A stretch of DNA of 64,000 bases from Pseudomonadota bacterium (GCA_046309815.1 JBKCOJ010000010.1:6997-70996); one strand, 5' to 3'. Positions 8,999 to 20,072 are shown, counted from the stretch's first letter. Program-made: numbers and translations. Notes: generated by a model not told the origin, from the sequence alone.

Positions 8999-9889
8999 GT
9001 GCGTCCTATGACTGATTTTGAAAATACCATTACCTGTCTTTATGGAGATGAAGGGCGGTTGTGGCTTGAGAACTTACCCAATATCGTTAATAATTTAGCA
9101 CATCGATGGCAGTTATCAGAACTGCATCCTATTGATAATCTTTCCTATAACTACGTAATGTCAGGTTGGCAAAAGGAAAAACCTATTATTCTAAAATTAG
9201 GGTGTGATCCCAAAAGTTTTAAAAATGAAATTCAAGCATTAAAAGCTTTCAAAACTTTTGGAGCTATGACTGTGCTAGATCAAATGGAAGACGTTCTTCT
9301 GCTTGAGCGTGCACAACCTGGCTTATCGTTGAAATGTTATTTTCCGGATCATGATTTAAAGGCTGTGAGTATCGCTTGTGAAGTAATGAAAAAGCTGCAC
9401 ACTGCGCCCTATCCTGAGTATGAGTTTCCTACCATAAAAGATTGGTTAACTGTATTGGATAAAGATCACGAATTATTTATGCCGCAACTTGCAAAAGCTC
9501 GAGTTCTTAAAAATGAATTATTAAACACGATGGAGCATTCCATTTTATTGCATGGAGATTTTCATCACGAGAATATTCTTGAGCATGAAGGAGAGTGGAA
9601 AGTTATTGATCCACAAGGAGTGATAGGCGAGCGGGCTTATGAAGTTGGTTGTTTTATGCGTAATCCGAAAGAATTAATCAAGCATCCAGATTGTCTTTAT
9701 TTTTTGAAAGATAGAATTCATGCATTTGCAAAACATTTAGATCTTGATCCTGTACGTATTGCGAAATGGTGCTACATTCAGGCCATGTTGTCAGCCGTTT
9801 GGTCGTATGAAGATAATTTATCTTACGAAAGTGCGTTGAAATTCGTATCATTATTCGAACAGCTTCTCGATGCTAGTTGGGGATTTTGA
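8999..9889 (+). CDS. APH(6)/StrB-family aminoglycoside (streptomycin-type) kinase homologue
   Basis: LLLERAQPG, ILLHGDFHHENIL and VIDPQGVIGERAYE motifs match the APH_6_hur family pattern. Confidence 0.7.
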   Translation: MRPMTDFENTITCLYGDEGRLWLENLPNIVNNLAHRWQLSELHPIDNLSYNYVMSGWQKEKPIILKLGCDPKSFKNEIQALKAFKTFGAMTVLDQMEDVLLLERAQPGLSLKCYFPDHDLKAVSIACEVMKKLHTAPYPEYEFPTIKDWLTVLDKDHELFMPQLAKARVLKNELLNTMEHSILLHGDFHHENILEHEGEWKVIDPQGVIGERAYEVGCFMRNPKELIKHPDCLYFLKDRIHAFAKHLDLDPVRIAKWCYIQAMLSAVWSYEDNLSYESALKFVSLFEQLLDASWGF

Positions 9890-9890
9890 T

Positions 9891-10436
9891 CTATACAGAT
9901 TTTCTCTCAAGTTCAAGGAGCCACTTCTTTTTTGCAATACCACTGCTATATCCGCCAAGTTTGCCATCGTGACTAATAATCCGATGACAAGGAATGATAA
10001 TAGCAATATTATTCGCACCATTAGCATTGGCAACAGCCCGAAAAGCAACGGGTTTTCCGAGTGCTACAGCTTGCTCTGTATAGCTTCGTGTTTTACCATA
10101 GGGTGTTTTTAAAAGTTCATTCCATGCACTTTTTTGAAAAGAACTGCCGGTAAGGTGTAGGGGTGTGTTGAAGGTTTTGAGTTCGCCACAAAAATACTCT
10201 TTCAGCTCAGATTCCACTAATTTAAGGATATGAGTATTGCCTGGGATAATGTTAGCTTTTGCATTTCGGCTAAATTTTTCTATTTTTTCGTCGAGTCTGT
10301 CTCTTTCAACGAATTCTAAAAAATATAATTCTTTATCATTAGCAATAGCTACCATGAGACCAAGAGGTGTTTCAATCCAAGCAGATTTTAGCTCTTGGGG
10401 GTTGCTAAGTTGTGTTGACTGAGAGATTTTTTTCAT
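9891..10436 (-). CDS. ogt: methylated-DNA--protein-cysteine methyltransferase
   Basis: Active-site IIPCHRII and the TYGKTRSYTEQA segment. 181 aa. Confidence 0.9.
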   Translation of the reverse strand: MKKISQSTQLSNPQELKSAWIETPLGLMVAIANDKELYFLEFVERDRLDEKIEKFSRNAKANIIPGNTHILKLVESELKEYFCGELKTFNTPLHLTGSSFQKSAWNELLKTPYGKTRSYTEQAVALGKPVAFRAVANANGANNIAIIIPCHRIISHDGKLGGYSSGIAKKKWLLELERKSV

Positions 10437-10527
10437 TTTGAACTGCTCATCTTAAATGGCTAATGTAAGGTACACGATTAAAGATTTAAAAATCAATGTT
10501 TTTAAAGCCTCCATATTTGGTGAAAAA

Positions 10528-11124
10528 ATGAATCCTATATTGATAGATATTCCTGAAACAATAGAATCCTCAACTATTACCTTGCAAATGCCGAAAGCTG
10601 GTTATGGGGAGGGCTTACACCAAGCAATAATGGATGGTTATGAAGACTACGTTAAGTACTTAAACTGGTCTGTGGTACCTCCAACAAAAGAAATGGTTGA
10701 GGAAGATTGCCGAAAGCATCATGCAGATTTTATCTTAAGAAGTTTTATTCGGTATCTCATTATTGAAAAGGCTACAAAGACTATTGTTGGAAGATGTGCT
10801 TTCCCTTCTTTTCAAACAAATTGGCAAATTCCACAATTTGGCATTTCTTACTTTATTCGAAGAAGTTCGAGAAAAAAAGGATATGCAACCGCAGCTGCTG
10901 GGATGATGGTACGTTTAGCCTTTGAGAAACTACGAGCCAAAAAGGTAGAAATTCATTGCGATGCTGAAAATAATGCAAGCGCCCAAATTCCTTTAAAGCT
11001 TGGTTTTAAACTGGAGTATACTCAAAAGGGAGGGTGGCCAAGGCATGATGGAAATTTAGCGGAGCTGCAAACATATTCTATTTTTTCCAAAGACCCATTA
11101 CTCCATTTGGAATGTGTGTGGTAA
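10528..11124 (+). CDS. GNAT-family N-acetyltransferase (RimJ/RimL-like)
   Basis: GNAT motif A region (RKKGYATAAAGMMVRLAFEKL) and the C-terminal NNASAQIPLKLGF. Start probably ATG 10528 rather than 10456. Confidence 0.7.
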   Translation: MNPILIDIPETIESSTITLQMPKAGYGEGLHQAIMDGYEDYVKYLNWSVVPPTKEMVEEDCRKHHADFILRSFIRYLIIEKATKTIVGRCAFPSFQTNWQIPQFGISYFIRRSSRKKGYATAAAGMMVRLAFEKLRAKKVEIHCDAENNASAQIPLKLGFKLEYTQKGGWPRHDGNLAELQTYSIFSKDPLLHLECVW

Positions 11125-11144
11125 GAACTCAAATTTCCTTTGAT

Positions 11145-12461
11145 TTAGGCAATTTTACTTTCTAAAGGTATTTTTTTCTCAGAGTTTGTATTTTGTTCTA
11201 ACGATTTTTCTTGATTTTCTAATTTTTCAAAGTGCCTAAGACCAAGAATATATCCTAAAAAGACAGGGCAAGAGATGATAAGAGTTCCCCAACTGCCTAA
11301 GTGCCGCGTTAGATAAACGAGACCAAAAGATGCAATAACATAAGTTACAGCGCGCGATAAGGCATAGGTAAAGCTAATATAGGTGAAGCGCTTTAACACT
11401 GGAAAATACTTATAAAAAATAGAAGTTGCAGGGGAGGCATCTGCTGCGAAGAAGATAATACTAGATTGCAGCAAAAGAACATGCACATTATTTTGGAGGT
11501 GATTGAGCCAATAGGGAAAACTTAGCATGATGAGGGCTGATATAATAAATTTAACTTTTAAAATTTTTAAAGGGTATACCCGATAACTTAAAAAAACGAA
11601 TAATAAGTATGTACTAATTTGCACGATGGAAACGATAAAATTTTGGTGAATAATCTGTTCAGGGCTGTAACTAAACGAGTCCTTTAGAACAATGCCACAA
11701 TGCATGTAAGAAAGGTAAAAGCATAAAGGCCACATGCAATCCATTGAGAATAAGGCGAGTAGATTTTTATAACATACCTTTTCCTGCTTGTTGGGCTGGG
11801 TTTTTTGAGGTCGGCCGGCTTTACGCTTTGCTTCTGTAAAGTCAGGGGTCTCTCGTAAAAATACTCTTGCTGCTGCACCTACAAGAGCAATGATAGCTCC
11901 TACTCCAAAAATAATACGCCAATTAAGTCCACAGTATGTTACAAGGGAGGCAACGGCTAAGGATGCTCCTCCGCCTATAGCTGACGCAAAGGCAAGCAAA
12001 GCAACAGCAGAATATTTTGCAGGTGCATTAATAACTTCGCTTAAATATAGTTGAGCGCCAGTAAGCTCTCCCATCGCGGACATTCCTTGCACAATGCGGC
12101 ATATTGTGACAATCCAGGAAGCAACGATTCCAATTTGTGCATAGGTGGGAAGGTTTGCCATAAAAACACAAGACAATGACATGAACATAATAGTTAAAAT
12201 AACGGTGACTTTACGCCCAACATAATCTCCTATAAAGCCAAAAATAAGAGCTCCTATAGGCCTAAATATATATGTTGTGCAAAATGCAAAGGCCGCAAGT
12301 AGGCTTGCTGTATGGGAGTCTGTCTTTGGGAAGAATAATTCATTCAAAAGAACAGCCATGTGGACATAGAGCATTAAATCGAAATACTCCAGAAATGTGC
12401 CTATCGACAAAAGACCAACAGCCTGTTTTTGCTCTTTATTCAATGAAGTAAATATTTTCAT
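11145..12461 (-). CDS. MFS transporter, ProP-like (osmolyte/metabolite:H+ symporter family)
   Basis: 12-TM MFS profile with GDYVGRKV. Paralogue of the neighbouring gene. Confidence 0.85.
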   Translation of the reverse strand: MKIFTSLNKEQKQAVGLLSIGTFLEYFDLMLYVHMAVLLNELFFPKTDSHTASLLAAFAFCTTYIFRPIGALIFGFIGDYVGRKVTVILTIMFMSLSCVFMANLPTYAQIGIVASWIVTICRIVQGMSAMGELTGAQLYLSEVINAPAKYSAVALLAFASAIGGGASLAVASLVTYCGLNWRIIFGVGAIIALVGAAARVFLRETPDFTEAKRKAGRPQKTQPNKQEKVCYKNLLALFSMDCMWPLCFYLSYMHCGIVLKDSFSYSPEQIIHQNFIVSIVQISTYLLFVFLSYRVYPLKILKVKFIISALIMLSFPYWLNHLQNNVHVLLLQSSIIFFAADASPATSIFYKYFPVLKRFTYISFTYALSRAVTYVIASFGLVYLTRHLGSWGTLIISCPVFLGYILGLRHFEKLENQEKSLEQNTNSEKKIPLESKIA

Positions 12462-12492
12462 TGGTTAATTTTTCTCCTTCGCGCTATTGAAA

Positions 12493-13809
12493 CTAAGCGA
12501 CAAGTGGCTCCAGATTTTGAGCTGGTGGTCTATTATTTATTTGGTCAAGCTTTTCAAAATGTCTTAATCCAAGCATATATCCAATGCATACCGGTACCAT
12601 AACAATCAAAATACCCCAATTTCCAAATTTCTCTGTTAAATACACTAAGCCAAAAGAAGTTATCACATAAGTTAAGGCACGCGATAAGGCATAAGTGAAG
12701 CTAATGTATGTAAATCGTTTGAAGACGGGGAAATACTTATAAAAAATTGATGTTGCTGGTGCCGCATCTGCTGCGAAAAATATAATAGCTGATTGTAATA
12801 AAAGTAAGTAGAAAGGGTCAGCTATTTGATCAAGCCAATAAGGGCAAGTTATCATGATTAGAAAAGAGACAATGAGTTTAACCTTTAAAATGACAAGAGG
12901 ATAAACTTTGTAGCTCAAAAACACGAATAGTAACAAGCTCAGTATTTGTACCACAGATACGATGAAATTCTGATGGATAATTTGTTCAGGAGTTAAGTTA
13001 AAAGTAGTTTTTAAAAGACCACCACAATAAACGTAGGCAAAATAAAAGCATAAAGGCCACATGCAGTCCATCAAAAATAAGGCTAATGATGTTTTTTGAT
13101 TAACTTTTTCTCGTTCGATGAAGTCTTCCCTAAGTTTTTTGTTCTCAAAATTCTTTTCATTAAAGACTTCTTTTATTCTACGCTTAGCATCGGCGAAATC
13201 TGGTGTTTCTCGTAATTTTGTTCGAGCTACAGCGCCAATAACAGCGATTGTTGCTCCTACCCAAAAGGCGAGACGCCAATTAAGCCCAAATGATGTAACA
13301 AAGGAGGCAAGTCCAAGTGCCGCTGATGTCCCAAGAGAAACAGCAAATGCAAGAAATGCTACGGCTGAGTATCGCGCGGGTGGTTGTAATGTTTCGCTTA
13401 AGTAAAGTTGAGCGCCTGATATTTCTCCCATCGAAGACATTCCTTGGATAATACGACAAATAGTGACAACCCAAGCTGCTGTTATACCAATTTGTGCATA
13501 AGTTGGTAAGTTAGCCATGATTAAGCATGAAAAAGACATCATCGTTGTGGTAATAACAACAGTGACTTTTCTGCCTATATGATCCCCGATATACCCAAAA
13601 ATAAGAGCACCTATTGGACGTAGAAGATATGTTGAGCAAAAGGCAAAAGCAGTTAATAAAGAGGCTGTGTGAGCATCAGTTTTAGGAAAAAAAAGTTCAT
13701 TTAATAATACTGCCATATGAATATAAATCATAAGGTCAAAGTACTCCAAGAAAGTACCTATGGACAGTAAAGCTACTGATTCACCTTGATCTCTGTTTAA
13801 TCCAAACAT
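12493..13809 (-). CDS. MFS transporter, ProP-like (tandem paralogue)
   Basis: Shares long identical blocks with 11145-12461 (LLSIGTFLEYFDLM, IFYKYFPV.KRFTYISFTYALSRA). Start taken at ATG 13809 by alignment with the paralogue (track start is 13827). Confidence 0.85.
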   Translation of the reverse strand: MFGLNRDQGESVALLSIGTFLEYFDLMIYIHMAVLLNELFFPKTDAHTASLLTAFAFCSTYLLRPIGALIFGYIGDHIGRKVTVVITTTMMSFSCLIMANLPTYAQIGITAAWVVTICRIIQGMSSMGEISGAQLYLSETLQPPARYSAVAFLAFAVSLGTSAALGLASFVTSFGLNWRLAFWVGATIAVIGAVARTKLRETPDFADAKRRIKEVFNEKNFENKKLREDFIEREKVNQKTSLALFLMDCMWPLCFYFAYVYCGGLLKTTFNLTPEQIIHQNFIVSVVQILSLLLFVFLSYKVYPLVILKVKLIVSFLIMITCPYWLDQIADPFYLLLLQSAIIFFAADAAPATSIFYKYFPVFKRFTYISFTYALSRALTYVITSFGLVYLTEKFGNWGILIVMVPVCIGYMLGLRHFEKLDQINNRPPAQNLEPLVA

Positions 13810-14274
13810 ATTTCTACCTGTCTTCATTTGTTGTTAAAACTAGTTAAACTCACAAATCTAAAGAGTGTGTTTTCTAGATTTTTGTAAATTGAAAAGAATA
13901 CACACACCTCAGACATATTTTGCCTTCAATTTAAGAATAGAATCGAAATAGGGAAGATGTCCAATAAGACTTTTATGTTTTGTTAAAAAGGAATTTTTTA
14001 ATAGTGTTTTTTTTAGCATGAGGCCTATCGCTCCAAAAAATAAAAAAAATTTTTGATGCTGAAGTCAAATTTTTGCATTTCATATTGATGAGAAAAATTC
14101 TCTTTAGAGATGCTTTTTTTCATACTTTTAACACAAATATCTCTGCGGATTTGTCTCCTATTTATCATTTCTTGAATATTTAGGCAATACCTAGGTGGCT
14201 TATAATTTTTTAAGAGGTATAAGTTTGCAATCCTTTATTTACTTTAGAGACTAAGAGAAATTTTATTTTTTGAT

Positions 14275-14886
14275 TTAAATTAATTTATTTAAAAAATTTA
14301 GAATGATATTTGCAATAATAAAAATAATTTTATGAAAAAAAGAATTGAATAGGGTGAGGGCACCAATAATAATCAATAAACCAAACCTCTCAAAGAAATG
14401 AAAAATAGGATGGCTTTGCGATAAAAAGCAAGTCACTATACGGCCGCCATCTAGGGGTAGAATAGGTAGCAAGTTAAAAGCAGCCAAAATGACATTGATT
14501 TGCACCGCTGTATTCATTGTTTCGTCATTAAATATGCCAATTTTCCACAATATACCTGCAAAAAGTGCGAGGATAATATTTGTGAGTGGCCCTGCGAAAG
14601 CCACCAGGAAGACCCCTAACGTTTGGGGCCTAAGGTTTGTAAAGTTTACGGGTACAGGTTTTGCCCAACCAATGAGGAAAGGAGCGTTGGTTACAAATAG
14701 TAAAAAGGGTAAGACTAAGGATCCTAAGGGGTCAATGTGGCTAAATGGGTTTGCGCTTAGCCTTCCCGCCTGCTGAGCTGTTCGATCTCCGAAGACATAG
14801 GCCATTAAGCCATGCCCAATCTCATGAAGAACGATTGATACAATTAAGCATAAAATTTTTAATAAAAATTGCGATAAATCTGCCAT
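14275..14886 (-). CDS. site-2 protease family (peptidase M50) membrane metalloprotease
   Basis: HEIGHGLMA zinc motif and NLLPILPLDGGR motif. Polytopic, 203 aa. Confidence 0.8.
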   Translation of the reverse strand: MADLSQFLLKILCLIVSIVLHEIGHGLMAYVFGDRTAQQAGRLSANPFSHIDPLGSLVLPFLLFVTNAPFLIGWAKPVPVNFTNLRPQTLGVFLVAFAGPLTNIILALFAGILWKIGIFNDETMNTAVQINVILAAFNLLPILPLDGGRIVTCFLSQSHPIFHFFERFGLLIIIGALTLFNSFFHKIIFIIANIILNFLNKLI

Positions 14887-15105
14887 TTTTGTGATTTTTT
14901 TACAACATTTTGTTTTTTTAATGCTTTATCAAGTTTACTTACACATCTTTTTTATGAATTTCAAGTCTTGAAATATATTAATTTTTGAATATTAATAAAA
15001 TCATTCTTCGACATAAATGTATCACGTTCTTCAGGGTTTTTCTAAAGAAATGTGATTTTTTGTCGACTGATGCAGGTTGATTTATTTTTTAGCAGTGAGG
15101 TTTTA

Positions 15106-18100
15106 ATGAAAATACGCCGTCGATTTACGGTTGCAGGGCAATCCCCATATGAAGGAATAGATTTCCGCTTGACTGCTAGTGAGATAAAAAATCCGGATGG
15201 ATCTGTTGTTTTTCATCAAGACAATATTGAGGTTCCTGCCCATTGGTCGCAAGTGGCAAGTGACGTCATTGCGCAAAAGTATTTTCGTAAAGCTGGAGTT
15301 CCAGAAGAACTAGTAGCTGTTAAAGAAGATGATATTCCGACATGGTTACAACGTAAAAAGGCAAAAGCAGGCAGTTCAACGCGAGGAGAACGTTCGGCAA
15401 AAGAAGTATTCAATCGTTTGGCGGGTACATGGACGTACTGGGGCTGGAAAAATGGATACTTTGATACGGAAGATGATGCGCGTAGCTTTTATGACGAAAT
15501 GCAATACATGCTTTGTATGCAAATTGCAGCACCTAATTCTCCTCAATGGTTTAATACAGGTATTTACTGGGCTTATGGCGTAGATGGTCCAGCGCAAGGC
15601 CATTTCTTCGTGGATGAAAAGACAGGTCAATTAAAGCAATCAACCTCAGCTTATGAGCGTCCTCAACCACATGCTTGTTTCATTCAGTCAGTAAGTGATG
15701 ATTTGGTGAATGAAGGCGGGATTATGGATCTTTGGGTTCGTGAAGCGCGTTTGTTTAAATATGGCTCTGGGACAGGGTCAAACTTTTCTCAATTACGTGG
15801 GTCAGGCGAGAAATTATCTGGAGGAGGGGTTTCTTCTGGTTTGATGAGTTTCTTACGTATTGGTGATCGTTCAGCTGGCGCTATTAAATCTGGTGGTACG
15901 ACACGACGTGCTGCAAAAATGGTGGTGCTAGATATTGATCATCCAGATGTTATCAATTTTATTGATTGGAAAGTAGTTGAAGAGCAAAAAGTTGCAGCAC
16001 TGGTGACAGGTTCTAAACTTAACCAAGTTCATTTAAATGAAATTATTACAGCATGTATTAACAACGATTTAAAAGAAATGGATCGTTTTAATGCTAAAAC
16101 AAATCCTGGCTTAAAAGCAGCTATTCGTGCGGCGCGCACGGCTTTAGTTCCTGAGAATTATATAAGGCGAGCTATTCATATGGCTCAACTTGGGTACACA
16201 AGCTTTCCTTTCTCAACATATAATACTGACTGGGATAGCGAAGCGTATGGAACGGTTTCTGGGCAAAACTCTAACAACACCGTACGCGTTACAAACACAT
16301 TTTTAGAAAGCGTTCTAGAAGACAAAGAGTGGAGCTTAACAGCAAGAACCAATGGGGAAACTATTAAAAAGCTTCCTGCTAAAGAACTATGGGATAAGAT
16401 CGGTTTTGCTGCGTGGGCATGTGCGGATCCGGGGATTCAATTTGATACTACAATTAATGAATGGCATACATGTCCGAATAGTGGTCGAATTAATGCGTCT
16501 AATCCGTGTTCTGAATATATGTTCCTTAATGACACGGCTTGTAACCTTGCTTCAATTAACTTGGTAACGCTTTATAAAGATGGTCAATTTGATATAGCGG
16601 CTTATGAGCATGCTATTTCTCTTTGGACGATGGTTCTAGAAATTGCTGTGTTAATGGCGCAATTCCCTTCAAGATCTATTGCACAATTATCATATGATTT
16701 CCGTACCCTTGGTTTAGGCTATGGAAACTTGGGTGGCCTTTTGATGGCAATGGGTATTGCGTATGATAGCCCTGAAGGACGATGCATCGGTGGTGCGCTT
16801 GCGGCTATTTTAACGGGTGTGAGCTATAGAACATCAGCGTTAATGTCTAAAGAATTAGGCGCATTCCCAGGATATGCAAAAAATAAAGAACCAATGCTTC
16901 GCGTGATGCGCAACCATCGTCGTGCAGCTTATGGTGAAACGCAGGGTTATGAAGGGCTATCGATATTGCCAGTTGCGCTTCGAGCAAGTGATTGTACAGT
17001 GCCAGGGCTTATTGAAGCTGCATGTCAATCATGGGATGAAGCCGTATCTCTAGGAGAGCAGTTTGGTTATCGTAACGCTCAAACGACGTGTATAGCACCA
17101 ACCGGAACGATCGGTTTGGTAATGGATTGTGATACAACGGGTATCGAGCCAGACTTTGCCTTAGTGAAATTTAAGAAGTTAGCTGGTGGTGGATATTTTA
17201 AGATCATTAACCAAATGGTGCCTTCGGCTCTGAAAATGTTGGGGTATACACCTGAGCAAGTTCAAGATATTTCAAATTATGCGGTGGGATATACATCCAT
17301 TGAGAATGCCCCTGGGGTAAACTATGCAGCTTTAAAAGCCAAGGGTTTCAGGGACAAAGAGCTAAAATTAATTGAGAACGCGGTAAAAAATGCTTTTGAT
17401 ATTAAGTTTGCCTTTAATAGATATACGTTGGGTGAGGATTTTTGCAAAAATACGTTGAAGCTAAGTGATGAGCAATTAAGCGATCCGGCTTTTGATATGC
17501 TGACGCATCTTGGCTTTAGTAAGCAAGACATTGAAGAAGCGAATACGTATTGTTGTGGTTCCATGACTTTAGAAGGTGCTCCACATCTAAAGGTTGAACA
17601 TTTACCTGTTTTTGATTGTGCAAATCCTTGCGGTCGCACGGGAAAAAGATTTTTATCTTTTGACAGCCATATTGAAATGATGGCAGCTGTTCAGCCGTTT
17701 ATCAGTGGTGCAATTTCGAAGACAATCAATATGCCTGCTTTGTCAACTGTTGAAGACTGTCAATCAGCGTATATGAAGTCTTGGCGTCTATGCTTAAAGG
17801 CAAATGCTTTGTATCGCGATGGGTCAAAACTTTCTCAGCCCCTTAATAGCTTAGCATTTGATGAGGATGAAGCGGAAGAAATTGCGCAGATGCCTCAAAC
17901 GCAAAAAGCTCAAGTTGTAGCCGAAAAGATTATAGAGCGCGTGATAGAGCGTGTTATTCATGAGTCAAAACGTGAAAAATTACCTAATCGCCGTGGTGGC
18001 TATACGCAAAAAGCTGTAGTTGGTGGCCATAAGATTTATATTAGAACGGGCGAGTATGAGAATGGTAAACTTGGTGAAATCTTTGTGGATATGCACAAAG

Positions 18101-18690
18101 AAGGCGCTTCCTTCCGTTCTTTGATGCATAACTTTGCGATGGCGATTTCTATTGGTTTGCAATATGGTGTGCCTTTAGAAGAATATGTTGAAGCCTTTAC
18201 ATTCACACGCTTCGAGCCATCAGGAATGGTGGAAGGAAATGATTGGGTGAAAATTGCAACGTCAATTCTTGACTATATTTTCCGCGATTTAGCTATCAAT
18301 TATTTAGGACGTCATGATCTTGCACATGTTCAACCGAATGACCTAACGCCAGATACTATTGGTGATAGAACTGATTATATGGTGACGCGTTCAGAAGAAG
18401 GTGAAGAGCCGTTAATTGTTGAAACAACGGTTAATATTCGTGATGAAATTGTTGCTATGGATACAACAAGTGAATATGTCGGGGGTTTTGAAGCGAAAGC
18501 AACGGGTACATATGGTACATCAAATGTTGTATCGTACTCTTCATCAAAACGTAAGATTGAAAAATCGATGCAAGCAAAACTTCAAGGATACGAAGGGGAT
18601 GCATGTGGAGAGTGCGGAAACTTTACAATGGTTCGCAATGGGACATGTTTGAAGTGTGTAACTTGTGGGTCGACGAGTGGTTGCTCATAA
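15106..18690 (+). CDS. nrdJ: class II (adenosylcobalamin-dependent) ribonucleoside-diphosphate reductase
   Basis: ~1190 aa with NrdJ/RNR core motifs ([32 protein letters not shown]) and a C-terminal Cys-rich tail (CGECGN...CLKCVTCG). GAGG precedes ATG 15106 (track start is GTG 15052). Confidence 0.95.
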   Translation: MKIRRRFTVAGQSPYEGIDFRLTASEIKNPDGSVVFHQDNIEVPAHWSQVASDVIAQKYFRKAGVPEELVAVKEDDIPTWLQRKKAKAGSSTRGERSAKEVFNRLAGTWTYWGWKNGYFDTEDDARSFYDEMQYMLCMQIAAPNSPQWFNTGIYWAYGVDGPAQGHFFVDEKTGQLKQSTSAYERPQPHACFIQSVSDDLVNEGGIMDLWVREARLFKYGSGTGSNFSQLRGSGEKLSGGGVSSGLMSFLRIGDRSAGAIKSGGTTRRAAKMVVLDIDHPDVINFIDWKVVEEQKVAALVTGSKLNQVHLNEIITACINNDLKEMDRFNAKTNPGLKAAIRAARTALVPENYIRRAIHMAQLGYTSFPFSTYNTDWDSEAYGTVSGQNSNNTVRVTNTFLESVLEDKEWSLTARTNGETIKKLPAKELWDKIGFAAWACADPGIQFDTTINEWHTCPNSGRINASNPCSEYMFLNDTACNLASINLVTLYKDGQFDIAAYEHAISLWTMVLEIAVLMAQFPSRSIAQLSYDFRTLGLGYGNLGGLLMAMGIAYDSPEGRCIGGALAAILTGVSYRTSALMSKELGAFPGYAKNKEPMLRVMRNHRRAAYGETQGYEGLSILPVALRASDCTVPGLIEAACQSWDEAVSLGEQFGYRNAQTTCIAPTGTIGLVMDCDTTGIEPDFALVKFKKLAGGGYFKIINQMVPSALKMLGYTPEQVQDISNYAVGYTSIENAPGVNYAALKAKGFRDKELKLIENAVKNAFDIKFAFNRYTLGEDFCKNTLKLSDEQLSDPAFDMLTHLGFSKQDIEEANTYCCGSMTLEGAPHLKVEHLPVFDCANPCGRTGKRFLSFDSHIEMMAAVQPFISGAISKTINMPALSTVEDCQSAYMKSWRLCLKANALYRDGSKLSQPLNSLAFDEDEAEEIAQMPQTQKAQVVAEKIIERVIERVIHESKREKLPNRRGGYTQKAVVGGHKIYIRTGEYENGKLGEIFVDMHKEGASFRSLMHNFAMAISIGLQYGVPLEEYVEAFTFTRFEPSGMVEGNDWVKIATSILDYIFRDLAINYLGRHDLAHVQPNDLTPDTIGDRTDYMVTRSEEGEEPLIVETTVNIRDEIVAMDTTSEYVGGFEAKATGTYGTSNVVSYSSSKRKIEKSMQAKLQGYEGDACGECGNFTMVRNGTCLKCVTCGSTSGCS

Positions 18691-18710
18691 GATATATCTA
18701 ACTTTTATAA

Positions 18711-18738
18711 AAAAGGCCGCTTTCAGAGCGGCTTTTTT
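18711..18738 (+). terminator. rho-independent terminator after nrdJ
   Basis: GGCCGCT / AGCGGC stem with a 5-nt loop, followed by a T6 run and flanked by an A-run. Confidence 0.7.
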
Positions 18739-18902
18739 ATTTATTAACTCTCTTGCCAGATACTGATAAAAAAATCTGAAATTGAAATGATTTATCAAAA
18801 AAACTCATCGATCGATATTAATACTAATTTATATTGAAAAGCACTTCCGTTTATTAAATATCTAAATTATGCTAAATATATTGCTTCTAATTTAAAAAGT
18901 AG

Positions 18903-19499
18903 ATGGAATCTTTAAATACAGAAATTCTTGTGGTGATGATTGCAGTAGGCGCCTATTTCTTTGCAGCTATTCCGTTTGGGTTGGTGTTATCAAAGTTTGC
19001 AGGATTGGGTGACATTAGAAATATAGGATCAGGAAACATCGGTGCAACGAATGTACTTAGAACGGGTAATAAGAAAATAGCAGCTCTGACGCTATTTTTT
19101 GACGTTTTAAAAGGAATGATGGTTGTTCTTGTGAGTGCGCATTTTATTCCAGGACATGAATATGCTTTAGGGTTTCTGGCCATCTTTGCTCATATATTTC
19201 CTATATATTTAAAGTTTAAAGGTGGAAAAGGGGTCGCTACAGCGCTTGGAGTGTATTTTGCGTGGAGTCCTTTTTTGGGGCTTTCTGTGTTGGTAACGTG
19301 GCTTATAACGGCAAAAATATTTAGGATATCTTCGCTTTCAGCACTTGTCGCAGCTTTATGTGCTCCTTTCTTCACGTATTTTCTTGGAGTGAATGCTGAG
19401 GCAATTCCTTTTACAGTGTTAATTGCAGCAGTGTTGCTTTATACTCACCGAGAAAATATTAAAAGAATTTTTAATAAGCAAGAACCCTTCATTTCTTAA
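18903..19499 (+). CDS. plsY: glycerol-3-phosphate acyltransferase PlsY
   Basis: GSGNIGATNVLRTG and KGGKGVAT motifs. 198 aa, polytopic. Confidence 0.95.
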   Translation: MESLNTEILVVMIAVGAYFFAAIPFGLVLSKFAGLGDIRNIGSGNIGATNVLRTGNKKIAALTLFFDVLKGMMVVLVSAHFIPGHEYALGFLAIFAHIFPIYLKFKGGKGVATALGVYFAWSPFLGLSVLVTWLITAKIFRISSLSALVAALCAPFFTYFLGVNAEAIPFTVLIAAVLLYTHRENIKRIFNKQEPFIS

Positions 19500-19507
19500 G
19501 GAGGAAT

Positions 19508-20056
19508 ATGGTTCAAATTACACGCATTTACACACGTTCGGGCGATAAGGGAAGAACTGCTCTTGGGGATGGAACGCGAAGAAAAAAATCGGATATTCGC
19601 TTTGAAACCATAGGTGCCATTGATGAGGTCAATGCGTATTGCGGATTAGTTGCTACAGAAGTTCCAGCAACAGTTTGTAAGCTTATTAGACGTATTCAAA
19701 ATGATCTATTTGATCTTGGCGCTGATTTGGCTGTGCCACACGGAGAGGGGCTTCGCGTAGGCATTAAGCAGGTGGAATTTTTAGAAAAACAAATAGATAA
19801 GTTCAATGCTACTTTAGAGCCATTAGATTCCTTTGTGCTGCCAGGCGGAACAAAAAATAGTGCCCTAATGCATGTAGCAAGAACAGTTACCAGACGCGCA
19901 GAACGCAGCATGGTGTTACTAAATGAGTATGAGCTTGTAAACACTCATGCTTTACAATATATAAACCGCTTGTCAGATTTTTTGTTTGTTTTGTGTCGTC
20001 ACCTAAATGATGATGGAAAATCAGATGTGCTCTGGGTTCCTGGTGCTAATAGGTAG
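19508..20056 (+). CDS. ATP:cob(I)alamin adenosyltransferase, PduO/MMAB type
   Basis: N-terminal IYTRSGDKGRTAL motif and a helical bundle of 182 aa. GGAGG lies upstream. Confidence 0.9.
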   Translation: MVQITRIYTRSGDKGRTALGDGTRRKKSDIRFETIGAIDEVNAYCGLVATEVPATVCKLIRRIQNDLFDLGADLAVPHGEGLRVGIKQVEFLEKQIDKFNATLEPLDSFVLPGGTKNSALMHVARTVTRRAERSMVLLNEYELVNTHALQYINRLSDFLFVLCRHLNDDGKSDVLWVPGANR

Positions 20057-20072
20057 TTTTTTAATTAGGTAA

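Noticed and set aside
13828-14274. Long intergenic region checked for small RNAs, repeats, or small ORFs (for example a 36-codon minus-strand ORF and a 31-codon plus-strand ORF)
   Set aside because: There is no repeat array, no stable GC-rich structure apart from one 7-bp AT-rich inverted repeat, and the small ORFs lack good SDs. It is best read as promoter and leader sequence for the divergent genes.
14887-15105. Looked for an NrdR box pair or a cobalamin riboswitch upstream of nrdJ
   Set aside because: No convincing 16-bp palindromic NrdR-type box (ACACTATATATAGTGT-like) and no B12-box-like conserved core are visible. The region is only AT-rich promoter-like sequence.
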